Below are positions 1-9,740 of a DNA stretch of 39,748 nucleotides, in pieces. The translations under genes and the position numbers were made by a program. The notes under the pieces are model-generated. The model was not told the DNA's origin. It made no database searches and was given only the letters and a program-made list of their open reading frames with translations. Position 1 is the stretch's first letter. Each line of letters starts with the position of its first letter. The stretch lies in sequence record SRR20825006_387; one strand, written 5' to 3'.

Positions 1-72
1 CACTCGGTATACGACTAAATCAATAGGCTGCTAGGCAGGCCAAGGTACGGAACCATTTCCAGGCGAGTTGCC

Positions 73-1986
73 TTACACGTCGATTTCGCTGGCGTCTTCG
101 GCTCGTTCCATGATGAACCGAAACCGCGCCGATGCGTCGCGTCCCATCAAATCGCTGATCGTGCGATCGGTTTCCAAGTGGTCATCGATCTCGACCTTCA
201 ACAACGTCCGTTTGGTCGGATCCAGCGTCGTGTTCCATAGGACTTTGGGCATCATCTCACCCAAGCCTTTGAAGCGTGTGATCTCTGGGTTCGCTCGACC
301 ATTGTGCTCCGCCAAAATTCGCTCCCGGTCTTCTTCGTCTGCCGCCCAAAACGTTTCTTTGCCGATGTCGATTCGATACAGCGGCGGAACCGCAATGAAC
401 AATCGACCATCCGCAATCAAGGCTGGCATGTGGCGGTAGAAGAACGTCAACAACAACGTCGTGATATGGTGACCATCGCTGTCAGCATCTGCCAATAAGA
501 TGATGCGGTCATAACGCAAGTTCGCCAGGTTGAGCGACGGACCGATGCCGCAGCCCAGGGACGCGATCATGTCCTGGATTTCTTTGTTGTCCAGAATCTT
601 CTTCAGCGTCGCCGACTCGGTGTTCAGCACCTTCCCTCGCAGCGGAAGGATGGCTTGGCAGTTCCGATCGCGACCTTGCTTGGCACTCCCGCCTGCCGAA
701 TCACCTTCGACGATGAACAACTCGGACTTGCCTTTGCCGCCGGACACGCAATCCGAAAGTTTGCCGGGCAACAACGTTCGCTTCGAGCCACCTTTTCGCG
801 AAACGGCTTCGCTGGCGGCACGCGATGCGGCGCGAGCTCTTGCGGCGGCGACAATCCGCGCGATCACCGCATCGGCGACCGAGGGATTGTTGTTCAGCCA
901 TTGTTCCATCGCACTTCGGACACCTGATTCAACCAACCCGTGAGCTTCTGGGTTGTTCAAACGATCCTTTGTTTGACCTTGGAACTGAGGCTCGGCGACG
1001 AAGATCGAAACGATCGCAATCAGTCCTTCGCGAATGTCTTCGTGCGTGATCTTCACACCGCGAGGAGTCAGACTGTGCGTGTCAACGTGGTTTCGAACCG
1101 CTTTAACAACGCCACCGCGAAAACCGTTTTCGTGGGTGCCGCCGCTGCCGGTTGGAATTCCGTTGACGTAACTGCGAACGTGTTCGTCGGTCGATTCCGT
1201 CCACTGGAGCGTGACTTCCACCCGATCTTCGTCGTCCACTCGGTAGGTGAACGGAGCTTCATGAATCGTGCGAGCCTCGCGTTCCTTGATGACTTTGCCG
1301 AGGTAATCGACGATACCGTTTTCGTGCAAAAACGTGTCACGCGTCTTCGCGACTTCATCGATATAAGTGACCTTCACACCGCGATGCAAGAAGCTGGCCG
1401 TTTCCAGGCGTTGCTTGATCGTGTCCCCGTTGAATGTCGTGCGTGGGAAGATCGTTGGATCGGGAGTGAAAGTGATGGAGGTTCCTGTACCGCGGATGGT
1501 GCCGCGGAGTTTCTGCAACTTTGAAGTCGCTTGACCGCGACTGAAAGCCATCCGGTATTGAACGCCATCGCGTTTGACAATCGCGACGAGTTCTTTGCTC
1601 AGTGCATTGACGACCGACGCACCGACCCCGTGCAAACCACCGGACGTCTTGTAGTTGTCGCCTTCGAACTTGCCGCCGGCGTGCAATACCGTCAGCACCA
1701 TTTCCAATGCTGACTTCTTCGTCTTGGGGTGTTTGTCGACGGGAATCCCACGGCCGTTGTCGCTGACCGATACCGTTTCGCCGTCTTTATGCAACGTCAC
1801 GGTAATTTCCGACGCGTGACCATTCATGGCCTCGTCGACGGAATTGTCAACGATTTCCCAGATCAAATGGTGAAGACCAGCCGAGCCGACACCACCGATG
1901 TACATGCCGGGACGCTTGCGGACAGGCTCGAGGCCTTCCAGAGCGGTGATGTTTTTGGCGTTGTATTCTTTCGGTGCAACGGACAT
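73..1986 (-). CDS. parE: Type IIA DNA topoisomerase subunit B (ParE-like; GyrB/ParE family)
   Basis: 637 aa. GHKL ATPase motifs (EIVDNSVDE, DNGRGIP, LHAGGKF, SGGLHGVGASVVNALS), Toprim motifs EGDSAGG, PLRGK, DADSDG, and C-terminal RFKGLGEM. Called ParE rather than GyrB because the partner A subunit lacks a canonical GyrA-box. The family call is firm; the parE vs gyrB label is an inference. Confidence 0.8.
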   Translation of the reverse strand: MSVAPKEYNAKNITALEGLEPVRKRPGMYIGGVGSAGLHHLIWEIVDNSVDEAMNGHASEITVTLHKDGETVSVSDNGRGIPVDKHPKTKKSALEMVLTVLHAGGKFEGDNYKTSGGLHGVGASVVNALSKELVAIVKRDGVQYRMAFSRGQATSKLQKLRGTIRGTGTSITFTPDPTIFPRTTFNGDTIKQRLETASFLHRGVKVTYIDEVAKTRDTFLHENGIVDYLGKVIKEREARTIHEAPFTYRVDDEDRVEVTLQWTESTDEHVRSYVNGIPTGSGGTHENGFRGGVVKAVRNHVDTHSLTPRGVKITHEDIREGLIAIVSIFVAEPQFQGQTKDRLNNPEAHGLVESGVRSAMEQWLNNNPSVADAVIARIVAAARARAASRAASEAVSRKGGSKRTLLPGKLSDCVSGGKGKSELFIVEGDSAGGSAKQGRDRNCQAILPLRGKVLNTESATLKKILDNKEIQDMIASLGCGIGPSLNLANLRYDRIILLADADSDGHHITTLLLTFFYRHMPALIADGRLFIAVPPLYRIDIGKETFWAADEEDRERILAEHNGRANPEITRFKGLGEMMPKVLWNTTLDPTKRTLLKVEIDDHLETDRTISDLMGRDASARFRFIMERAEDASEIDV

Positions 1987-2074
1987 GAAGAGAAGACGTT
2001 GGAAGTCGAAGGATGGGATGAGTGAGTGCGTTCAGGTTGGCGACCTGAACAACGGTCGGCCACGCGAAGTGGCG

Positions 2075-4552
2075 TCAGTCTTCAAAAATCGGAGGTGGCT
2101 CGATTGGATCGCGAACGATCTCGGCGATCTTGCCGTTCTTCTGCAGTTCGATGCCGCGTCCACCTCGTGATGTCGTCCGGTACTTGGCCGTCGAAACCGT
2201 TTTCTTGGCACCACGATTGGTCACCACGTTGAGCAAATCGCGGTCACCGGTCGAGGGTTTGAAACCGAGCAACTTGTCGCTCGCCGCCAATTTCAACAGC
2301 AGCACACCTTTGCCGGCGCCGGACAGATAGTTGATCTCATCGGCAGGACACACCATCGCTCTTGCGTCCGCGGAGACCGCCAAGACCGTTTCGGTTCCCG
2401 CGATGGGAACAACGTCGACGATGCTGGCACCTGGTTTCACACGAGCAAATTTACGGCCGGCACGTGTCGACGGTTCAGCGAAGGGTTGCAGACCAAACCG
2501 CAAAGCATACCCATCCGTTGACGCGGCAAGAGCGTGCGTCGCGGGGTAGTAGTTGCCCTTGGGGTCTTCGCTGATGTCGCCAAGAATTCGCGGATCCATC
2601 GATAGAGCCGCGATGATTCGTTCGCCGTCTTTGAACTTGAAGAGCTTTTGAATTGGCTCGCCAAATCCCGTTGAGGCAGGAATATCGATCATCCGAGCGG
2701 TGTAGCAAACGCCCAAACTGCTGAAGAACGCGAGCGTGGTTCGTGTGTTTCCGGCGACACACGCCAGCACCGCGTCGCCCTGACGCAGACGACTCTTGGA
2801 CGGATCGGCGATCTGTTTTTGCCGCTTGACCCACCCGTCGACGGTGACCATCACATGGCAATCTTCGGCGACGATAAAGTCCTCTTCGGTGTACTCCACC
2901 TCTTCCGTCGGCACCACGATCGTGCTGCGTCGGCGACCAGCGGGAGTGTTGCCGTAATCCGAAATCAGGGACTGCAGTTCTTCTTTGATGATCGCCCAAC
3001 GCCCGGACGACGTGTAATCGTCGCGGTCATCAGCCAGCAATTTGTTGATCTCGTCGACTCGTTTGCGTTTCTTCTTCAGTTCGTCCAGCACGACGTTGAT
3101 TTCCAAACGTGCCAGTCGATACAGCTTCAACTCCAGAATCGCATCAGTCTGCTCCGCATCAAGCCCATTTGAGGCTCGCGTCTTGCGACGTGCCTGGGCA
3201 GGCGTGAGCTCTTTGACCGGAAACCGCTTCATGATCTTTTCCGCCGCGTCGGCTTTGCCTTCGCTGCTGCGGATGATTTTGATGATCTCGTCGAGAGCAT
3301 CGAAGATCAACGCCAAGCCTTCGAGGATGTGAATTCGTTTCTCGAGGGCTCGTAATTCGTTGGTCAGTCGAGCGGTCAGCACATCCAAACGGAAGTGCAA
3401 GAAGTACCACAGGATCTCTTTCAAACCGAGACGTTTTGGCGCACCGACCTCTGGATTTTCCGTTGGCGTCAAGCAGGTCAGGTTGACGTTGAAATTGGTT
3501 TGCAGCGGAGTGTGCTTGTAGAGATACGCGAGCACCTTGTCGGCGTCGGCGTTCTTTTTCAGCAACAGATCGACACGGATGTCTTCGGTTGAAAGGTCGC
3601 GAACTTCTTGCACGAGTGGAAGCTTGCTGCTGTAGACCAGCTCAGCGATTCGCTCCACCATCGCTGCTTTGTTGACGCCGAATGGAATCTCGGTGATCCG
3701 GAGCGTGTCGCCCGTGCGAGACTTCTCCGCTACTTCGGCGACGCCACGCAGCTTGATCGTGCCCGTTCCCGTCGCATAGATTTCGCGAAGCTCTTCTTTG
3801 GTGTTGGTGATGTGGCCACCGGTGGGGAAATCGGGACCCTGAATCGCGTCTCCGGCGACCAATTGGTAGTCCTTGATTTCCGGATTGGCCAGCAACTTCA
3901 GCAGCGCGTTGCAAACCTCTTTAAGGTTGTGCGGCGGGATGTTCGTCGCCATCCCGACCGCAATTCCCGTCGCTCCGTTGACCAGCAAACTGGGAACGCG
4001 GGAAGGCAGCACGACGGGCTCTTCTCGCGTGCCGTCGTAGTTGGGTTTGAAGGCCACCGTTCGGCTGGATAGATCCGCCAGAACCTCCGACGCGATCGGC
4101 GTCATCCGGCACTCGGTGTATCGCATTGCCGCGGCGTTGTCGCCGTCGATGCTGCCGAAGTTTCCGCTGCCGTCGATCATCGGCATTCGCAGCGAAAACG
4201 ATTGGCTCATCCGAACGAGCGCTTCGTAAATCGAACTATCACCGTGGGGGTGGTAGTTACCCATCACGTCGCCGACGACCTTCGCACACTTTCGGTGCTT
4301 TGCCGTCGCGTCGAGCCGCTGCTGCGACATCGTGTACAAAATTCGCCGCTGAACCGGTTTAAGTCCGTCGCGGACATCCGGCAGCGCTCGGCTGGTGATG
4401 ACCGAAAGCGAGTAATTCAAATAGCGATCTTGGGCCGCGAATCGCAGCGGAATGTTCTGAATCTCTGCCAACAGCGATTCATCGAACGGATCGGCTTTGC
4501 CCCGTTTGGAGCGACTGGATGCGGAACTGGATGTTTTGCGACGTTTCGCCAC
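2075..4552 (-). CDS. parC: Type IIA DNA topoisomerase subunit A (ParC-like)
   Basis: 825 aa, GTG start. [29 protein letters not shown], catalytic [25 protein letters not shown]. The C-terminal pinwheel appears to have about 5 blades, with no QxRGGKG after the first-blade GWVKR. Confidence 0.8.
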   Translation of the reverse strand: MAKRRKTSSSASSRSKRGKADPFDESLLAEIQNIPLRFAAQDRYLNYSLSVITSRALPDVRDGLKPVQRRILYTMSQQRLDATAKHRKCAKVVGDVMGNYHPHGDSSIYEALVRMSQSFSLRMPMIDGSGNFGSIDGDNAAAMRYTECRMTPIASEVLADLSSRTVAFKPNYDGTREEPVVLPSRVPSLLVNGATGIAVGMATNIPPHNLKEVCNALLKLLANPEIKDYQLVAGDAIQGPDFPTGGHITNTKEELREIYATGTGTIKLRGVAEVAEKSRTGDTLRITEIPFGVNKAAMVERIAELVYSSKLPLVQEVRDLSTEDIRVDLLLKKNADADKVLAYLYKHTPLQTNFNVNLTCLTPTENPEVGAPKRLGLKEILWYFLHFRLDVLTARLTNELRALEKRIHILEGLALIFDALDEIIKIIRSSEGKADAAEKIMKRFPVKELTPAQARRKTRASNGLDAEQTDAILELKLYRLARLEINVVLDELKKKRKRVDEINKLLADDRDDYTSSGRWAIIKEELQSLISDYGNTPAGRRRSTIVVPTEEVEYTEEDFIVAEDCHVMVTVDGWVKRQKQIADPSKSRLRQGDAVLACVAGNTRTTLAFFSSLGVCYTARMIDIPASTGFGEPIQKLFKFKDGERIIAALSMDPRILGDISEDPKGNYYPATHALAASTDGYALRFGLQPFAEPSTRAGRKFARVKPGASIVDVVPIAGTETVLAVSADARAMVCPADEINYLSGAGKGVLLLKLAASDKLLGFKPSTGDRDLLNVVTNRGAKKTVSTAKYRTTSRGGRGIELQKNGKIAEIVRDPIEPPPIFED

Positions 4553-4885
4553 GCGGAATCAACCTAAATCGTTGGGGACGTTCGTTGTGAGGAGCTGAGA
4601 ACAGAAAGCGGATGAAAAGCGGACTTGCAGATCAGCCTGCGAGTTTGGGGGTTATAGCGACCACGGGGTTGTTAGCGAAACCGCGGATTACCACGTTTGA
4701 TTCGCATCGGTCGCCGAATTGGTTTGGAAAAGCTCGTCTGAGCTAGGCGAAACGTGCCTGCTGGGCGAACTTCGCCATCTGTCGCGATCATCACGCCGCA
4801 ACAGTATCGGCTGTTTTTCCTCTCGATTCGCGTCGAAACCAAAAGCCAGACACCTGGTCCGTCGTCGTTCGAGGAGGAACGCGAG

Positions 4886-5434
4886 ATGAAGCGAAATTGG
4901 AAAGCAGCCGTAGCGACGGCCCAAACAATCGCCACACAAATCACCCGCCGCTCACGCACCGTAGCAGCGATCGCCATCGGCACCGCCAGCATCACCTTGC
5001 TGGCTCCCGCCGCAATGGCACAAGGCGAACACATCGTCAGCTCGCAAGTCATCAGCGACACCGTTGTCGGCACCAGCGAAACCGGTGGATGTGCAAGCGG
5101 CGATTGTGGCGGAGCGTCCGGTGAAGTCGGCGTTCAAGGCCGCGAGTATGGACAGCCCGACCTGTTCTACAACTACTACACCCAAGGCCCGGCCAACGCA
5201 GCGAACGCACAAATGTACGTGTCGCCTGTGCCGGTTCCTCCAAATGTCGGGCAGACCTACCTGACGTATCAGCCTTTCTATCCCCACGAAATGCTTTATT
5301 GGCACAAAGACCGCTACCACAACTATTATGACAATGGTCGTGGAATGAACCGAACTCGAGCGATCTATTACAGCCCACCGGTTCGTCAAGCTGCCAGCAA
5401 TTTCTACTGGAACACGTTGCGTTTGCCTCGCTGA
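4886..5434 (+). CDS. Small secreted Tyr/Pro/Gln-rich hypothetical protein
   Basis: ATG at 4886 preceded by GAGGAGG (4871-4877). Signal-peptide-like N-terminus (…ITLLAPAAMA-Q), a GGCASGDCGG motif and an aromatic-rich C-terminal half. The ORF-track start at 4754 is probably too far upstream. Confidence 0.75.
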   Translation: MKRNWKAAVATAQTIATQITRRSRTVAAIAIGTASITLLAPAAMAQGEHIVSSQVISDTVVGTSETGGCASGDCGGASGEVGVQGREYGQPDLFYNYYTQGPANAANAQMYVSPVPVPPNVGQTYLTYQPFYPHEMLYWHKDRYHNYYDNGRGMNRTRAIYYSPPVRQAASNFYWNTLRLPR

Positions 5435-5532
5435 TCCAGCCAACTGACTCATTGGCAGAACGGACTCCCCCTGTCCGTTCGTCGCAGCGAATGGTTGCTG
5501 CCAAATCCACCGTCCTCGAGGATCCCCGAGCC

Positions 5533-5913
5533 ATGAAACGCATCGTCCTTTGTCTCGCCGCCTTGGCTGCTTTCAGCGGCTTGGCCGGTTCAACCGAAGA
5601 AGCCCAAGCAGGTGACCCTTACGCGGTGACCCAAGTTTGGAACCACAACTTTGCTCAAACGCGTGCTTGGCACGGCAACTACTACTACGCACCGTACGGG
5701 CAACCGACGGCACTGGTCGTTCCGCCAACCGCTCACCTTCGACAAACGTATTCGTGGGGCGTCAGCCAGAACACGAATCACCCGATTTATCACCAGTACG
5801 GTCGCAGTGCCAGCACACCTGGTGCGGCTGCTCCGGGTCGTTTCCAACCGACTCCCAACTGGCCAAGTCACACGGACCAATTCGGCGTGTACTACGTCCG
5901 AGGTCCTTGGTGA
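5533..5913 (+). CDS. Small secreted Tyr/Pro/Gln/His-rich hypothetical protein
   Basis: ATG at 5533 gives the classical signal peptide MKRIVLCLAALAAFSGLAG…AQA. Mature part is rich in Y/P/Q/W/H and ends GVYYVRGPW. Confidence 0.75.
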   Translation: MKRIVLCLAALAAFSGLAGSTEEAQAGDPYAVTQVWNHNFAQTRAWHGNYYYAPYGQPTALVVPPTAHLRQTYSWGVSQNTNHPIYHQYGRSASTPGAAAPGRFQPTPNWPSHTDQFGVYYVRGPW

Positions 5914-6028
5914 GCACTCACCGAATTTGACACAAATCAACGCTGATTCACTCGGTTGCATCGACGCAATCGAGCGAACGGCAATCGGACGGCTTTGACC
6001 GTTTCCGACATCAAGACTGACGACATTT

Positions 6029-6095
6029 CGGGACGGTGTTCCCGCCGAGCCGCCTCGTCCGGGGGTGGTTTGGCGGAGACACCGTCTCGTTTTTT
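6029..6095 (+). terminator. Long hairpin plus T-tract; probable intrinsic terminator of the two small secreted-protein genes
   Basis: 6029-6056 pairs with 6062-6089 (28 positions: one C-A mismatch, six G-U pairs), with a 5-nt loop, followed directly by TTTTTT (6090-6095). Confidence 0.75.
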
Positions 6096-6422
6096 ATGCG
6101 CCCATCGAACATTTAGCCGGTTTCGACTTTCAAACATCGCAGCATGCGCTGATTTGAAGCTACTCCGCCCCTTCTCGGCAAAACGTCAGGACAACCGAAA
6201 TCCGGCGCATTCGGCACATCTCTCCCAGCCTGCCTGTCCTTCCGCCTCCGCAGGACGGTTGTTCACTGCCCGGACAGCCGACACACCAATCGCAACCTAG
6301 GTTTCAGTGTCACAATCCAGCGATTGCGCAATGGTTCGCGTTCGACACCGAACCGATCTATTGCCTTCGGACAATTGATACACAGTCCGAGCGTCGAAGA
6401 GTGGACCAAACAGGCCGACTTT

Positions 6423-6430
6423 GCCGATGA
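6423..6430 (+). promoter_or_regulatory. Possible sigma-28 (FliA) -10 element for fliD
   Basis: GCCGATGA is a 7/8 match to the sigma-28 -10 consensus GCCGATAA, about 65 bp upstream of the fliD start. There is no convincing TAAA -35 at canonical spacing. Confidence 0.3.
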
Positions 6431-6495
6431 GAAGAGTGTTGGATTGAGACGAAAGCCTTTTCTGTCTCACAAATTCACAACTTCATTGGTGTGTC

Positions 6496-8877
6496 ATGGC
6501 TCGTTTGCAATCATCGATCGGATTAGTCACCGGTACCGACATCGTCGGGACGGTCGACCAATTGATGGCGATCAATGCGCAACCGCGTGACCGAATCCTC
6601 GCCAAAACGGAAGAACTGCTCGGTCAACAGCAACAAATCGCGTCGCTGACCGCATCCGTCATCGGTGTGCAACTGGCTGGCGATGCGCTCGGTTCGTCCG
6701 CACTGTTCAGCAGCAAGAATGCGACGTCATCCAACGAAGACGCTCTGTCGGTATCGACACGCGACGAAGTCACCAACGGCAATCACTTGGTGCGAACGCT
6801 CCGTACCGCAGCCACGCACAGCGTTTCATCGGCACAAAGCTTCAGCTCATTCGACGAAGCATTGAGCCTGGCAGGTTCACTCACGATCAAACCCAGCGGC
6901 TTTGTTGATTCCAAAGTCAGCCTTTCGCAGCTCAACAACGGTTTGGGCGTCGAAGGCGGATCGATTCGTTTGACTGACCGCAGCGGTGCATCGGCAGAAG
7001 TCGACCTTTCCCAAGCTCGTACGGTCGACGATGTCCTGCAAGCGATCAACGACGCCGACGTTGGAATCCAAGCCACAACGTCCGGTGGGAAGATCAAACT
7101 GATCGATCAGACCGGTCAATCGATCAGTAATCTCAAGGTCGAACAACTCGGAACCGCTGAAACCGCAGCCGACCTCGGTTTGCACGGTATCGACGTCGCG
7201 GCGAGCAGTGTTGATGGCAACGACATCCCGCTGCCCGATGGTGTGGATTCGCTCAACGGAGCCAGCCTGTCGCAATTGGGCGGTGGCAACGGACTGGGCA
7301 CTCTCACAAGCCTGGACATACAAACCGGCGACGGAACATCCGCCAGCATTGATGTCTCCGGTGCAACATCGCTCAATGAAGTGATCGATGCGATCAACGG
7401 CAGCGGACTCGATGTCATCGCTCGTATCAACGACGCCGGCAACGGTTTGCGGATCCGTGATGTGTCCGGTGGTCCCGGAACGTTCGAAATCAGCTCAGCG
7501 GACGATACCGCAACCAGTTTGGGGATCGCCGCATCAACGACCGACGACATCGTCGTTGGCGAAGATTTGAACTTCCAATCGGTCACGCTCGAAACCAAGC
7601 TCTCTGAGCTGAACTCCGGCGACGGTGTCGGAACGGGCAGCTTCACGATCCGCGATAGCAACGGTGCCGTTGGCGGTATCAACTTGGCCGTTTCAGAAAT
7701 TGAAACGATCGGTGACCTGATCGACGCGGTCAACGCATTGGACATCGGGGTCGAAGCCGCTTTGAACGAGGCGGGCGACGGCGTCGTGATCACCGACACC
7801 GCGGGCGGTGCATCGTCACTGAAGATCACCGATACCGGCGAAGGAAAAGTTGCCGCTAGCTTGGGTTTGGCAGGCACTGCCGATGCGGGAACCAGTCTGG
7901 TCGGTAGCGAATCGGTCACGATCGAAATCACCGAAGACGACACGCTCGAATCCATCGTTGAAAAGATCAACGAATCAGATCGCTACGCCGACGCGTCGGT
8001 TGTATCCAACTCAGACGGCTCCTATTCGCTGCAGATTCGCAGCAAGAAGGGCGGCGAAGTGGGACGCATATCTGTGAATTTGGATGGCGTCGACCTGAAC
8101 CTGCGGACCAACTCGAAGGGACAAGACGCCCTGATCTCCATCGCAACGGATGGTGGAACCGAGCGTTTCCTGACATCGACCGATGGCGTTTTTGAAGATG
8201 AAATCAGCGGTTTGAATTTGACGGTCAAAGAGTTGTCCGAGGATCCCATCACCGTCAACGTTGACGACGATCCGGACGCGATTGTTTCCGCCGTCAAACG
8301 TTTCGCCGATCAATACAACAAATTGATCGACAACATCCAAGAAGTCACGTTCTTTGACGCCGAAGCAAACGAAGTTGGCTTGCTGTTCGGATCAACGGAA
8401 ACGCTCCGTATTCAAAACGGCTATTCGCGTCTGCTGACCGGTACCGTTCCGCTCAGCAGTGGAGACTCGATTCGTTCGTTCAGCCAAATCGGCGTTCGAA
8501 TGGATGAAAACGGTGAACTCCAAGTGGACGAAACCAAACTCAAAGCGGCGCTCGCCAACGACACCGAAGCGGTCGAACAATTCTTCAACAAAACCAACGA
8601 TGAAGATGAAAACATCGGCATGGTTGGGCAACTGAAAAAGCTCGCTGACACCTACGCGGGTGTTGACGGCGGCATGCTGATTCGCAAAACGCAAACTCTC
8701 AGCGCCCACATCGAACGCAACGACGCTCGCGTTGAATCGATGAACGATCTGCTGGAATCGCAACGGGAACGTTTGCTGAAGCAGTACTACGACATGGAAC
8801 AAGCGATCGCGAAACTTCAGGCGAACACATCGTCGATCGGCGCGATCGAGTACATCGGACCTGTTGGATCTGAGTGA
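6496..8877 (+). CDS. fliD: Flagellar filament cap protein (hook-associated protein 2), elongated
   Basis: N-terminal GLVTGTDIVGTVDQLM. C-terminal FliD features (ISGLNLTVKE, VKRFADQYNKLI, SQIGVRMDENGELQVDETKLKAAL, RLLKQYYDMEQAIAKLQ). Repeated internal domains ending in (V/I)xAIN. Confidence 0.92.
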   Translation: MARLQSSIGLVTGTDIVGTVDQLMAINAQPRDRILAKTEELLGQQQQIASLTASVIGVQLAGDALGSSALFSSKNATSSNEDALSVSTRDEVTNGNHLVRTLRTAATHSVSSAQSFSSFDEALSLAGSLTIKPSGFVDSKVSLSQLNNGLGVEGGSIRLTDRSGASAEVDLSQARTVDDVLQAINDADVGIQATTSGGKIKLIDQTGQSISNLKVEQLGTAETAADLGLHGIDVAASSVDGNDIPLPDGVDSLNGASLSQLGGGNGLGTLTSLDIQTGDGTSASIDVSGATSLNEVIDAINGSGLDVIARINDAGNGLRIRDVSGGPGTFEISSADDTATSLGIAASTTDDIVVGEDLNFQSVTLETKLSELNSGDGVGTGSFTIRDSNGAVGGINLAVSEIETIGDLIDAVNALDIGVEAALNEAGDGVVITDTAGGASSLKITDTGEGKVAASLGLAGTADAGTSLVGSESVTIEITEDDTLESIVEKINESDRYADASVVSNSDGSYSLQIRSKKGGEVGRISVNLDGVDLNLRTNSKGQDALISIATDGGTERFLTSTDGVFEDEISGLNLTVKELSEDPITVNVDDDPDAIVSAVKRFADQYNKLIDNIQEVTFFDAEANEVGLLFGSTETLRIQNGYSRLLTGTVPLSSGDSIRSFSQIGVRMDENGELQVDETKLKAALANDTEAVEQFFNKTNDEDENIGMVGQLKKLADTYAGVDGGMLIRKTQTLSAHIERNDARVESMNDLLESQRERLLKQYYDMEQAIAKLQANTSSIGAIEYIGPVGSE

Positions 8878-8905
8878 TCAGGTTCACCGCAGAGTCTAGA
8901 TTCTT

Positions 8906-9403
8906 CTAGCGACGACTAAGCATCACGATCACTCGTGCCGCGATCGCTTCGCTGCGTCCGACCGCGTCGACGCCTTCTCCCGTCTTCGCCTTCAAACCCA
9001 CTTGTTCGATCGTCGTCTGAAGCATTTCGGCGACCGTTGCTCGCATCGAATCGATGTGCGGAGCCATCTTGGGTTTCTGAGCCAAAATCACAGCATCAAC
9101 GTTGTTGATTTCGTATCCGGCTTCGTGGACTCGGCGGAGAGCTTCTTCGACGAAGTCGCGGCTGTCCCGTCCTCGATTTTCATCGGCATTATCAGGAAAC
9201 AACCGCCCGATGTCGGGTCCCGCGATAGCGCCCATCAATGCATCCGTCACCGCGTGCAACAACACATCCGCGTCGCTGTGGCCGATCGCATGAAAGTCGC
9301 CGGCAACATCCAAGCCACCAATCCGTAGCGGACCGTCTGGACCCAAACGATGCGAGTCGTATCCAAGCCCGATTCGAAAGGCGAGTGGTTGCGGTTTGGT
9401 CAT
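8906..9403 (-). CDS. ispF: 2-C-methyl-D-erythritol 2,4-cyclodiphosphate synthase
   Basis: RIGLGYDSHRL, GHSDADVLLHAVTDALMGA, DIGRLFPD, PKMAPH and KAKTGE motifs; ATG at 9403. Confidence 0.96.
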   Translation of the reverse strand: MTKPQPLAFRIGLGYDSHRLGPDGPLRIGGLDVAGDFHAIGHSDADVLLHAVTDALMGAIAGPDIGRLFPDNADENRGRDSRDFVEEALRRVHEAGYEINNVDAVILAQKPKMAPHIDSMRATVAEMLQTTIEQVGLKAKTGEGVDAVGRSEAIAARVIVMLSRR

Positions 9404-9740
9404 CAATGGAACCGTCTGAAAATCTCATGAGTTGTCGAGGCGTGAGCCCTGATTGTCCGTGGGACTGTGGTCTACGCCGAAGCGACGAAAACATGCCGAG
9501 CTCGATGCCCACCTGCTTGACCGCAGTCTTCCTGCTCAACAGGCCAGCCCCTTTTGCGCTCAAAGCCTAATCCTTGGACGAGAACAAACCATCCCCCGAG
9601 TTCTTGCGTAGGTGCCGTTCAAGGTTCGCAATCGATCCGTTGAACGCTCTTTTTTTGATCGATCTCGGGCCTTTCGCGAAAGCGCCCGATTTGGTGTGCT
9701 TTCTAGCTCATTCGAACGTTCTCTATCCCCGGCTTTTCGC

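Noticed and set aside
73-4552. Canonical DNA gyrase gyrA/gyrB
   Set aside because: No GyrA-box in the first CTD blade and an apparently 5-bladed CTD. A topo IV-like call is preferred, though not proven.
4886-5913. RiPP precursor peptides
   Set aside because: Both have Sec-type signal peptides, and no modifying enzymes or transporters lie nearby.
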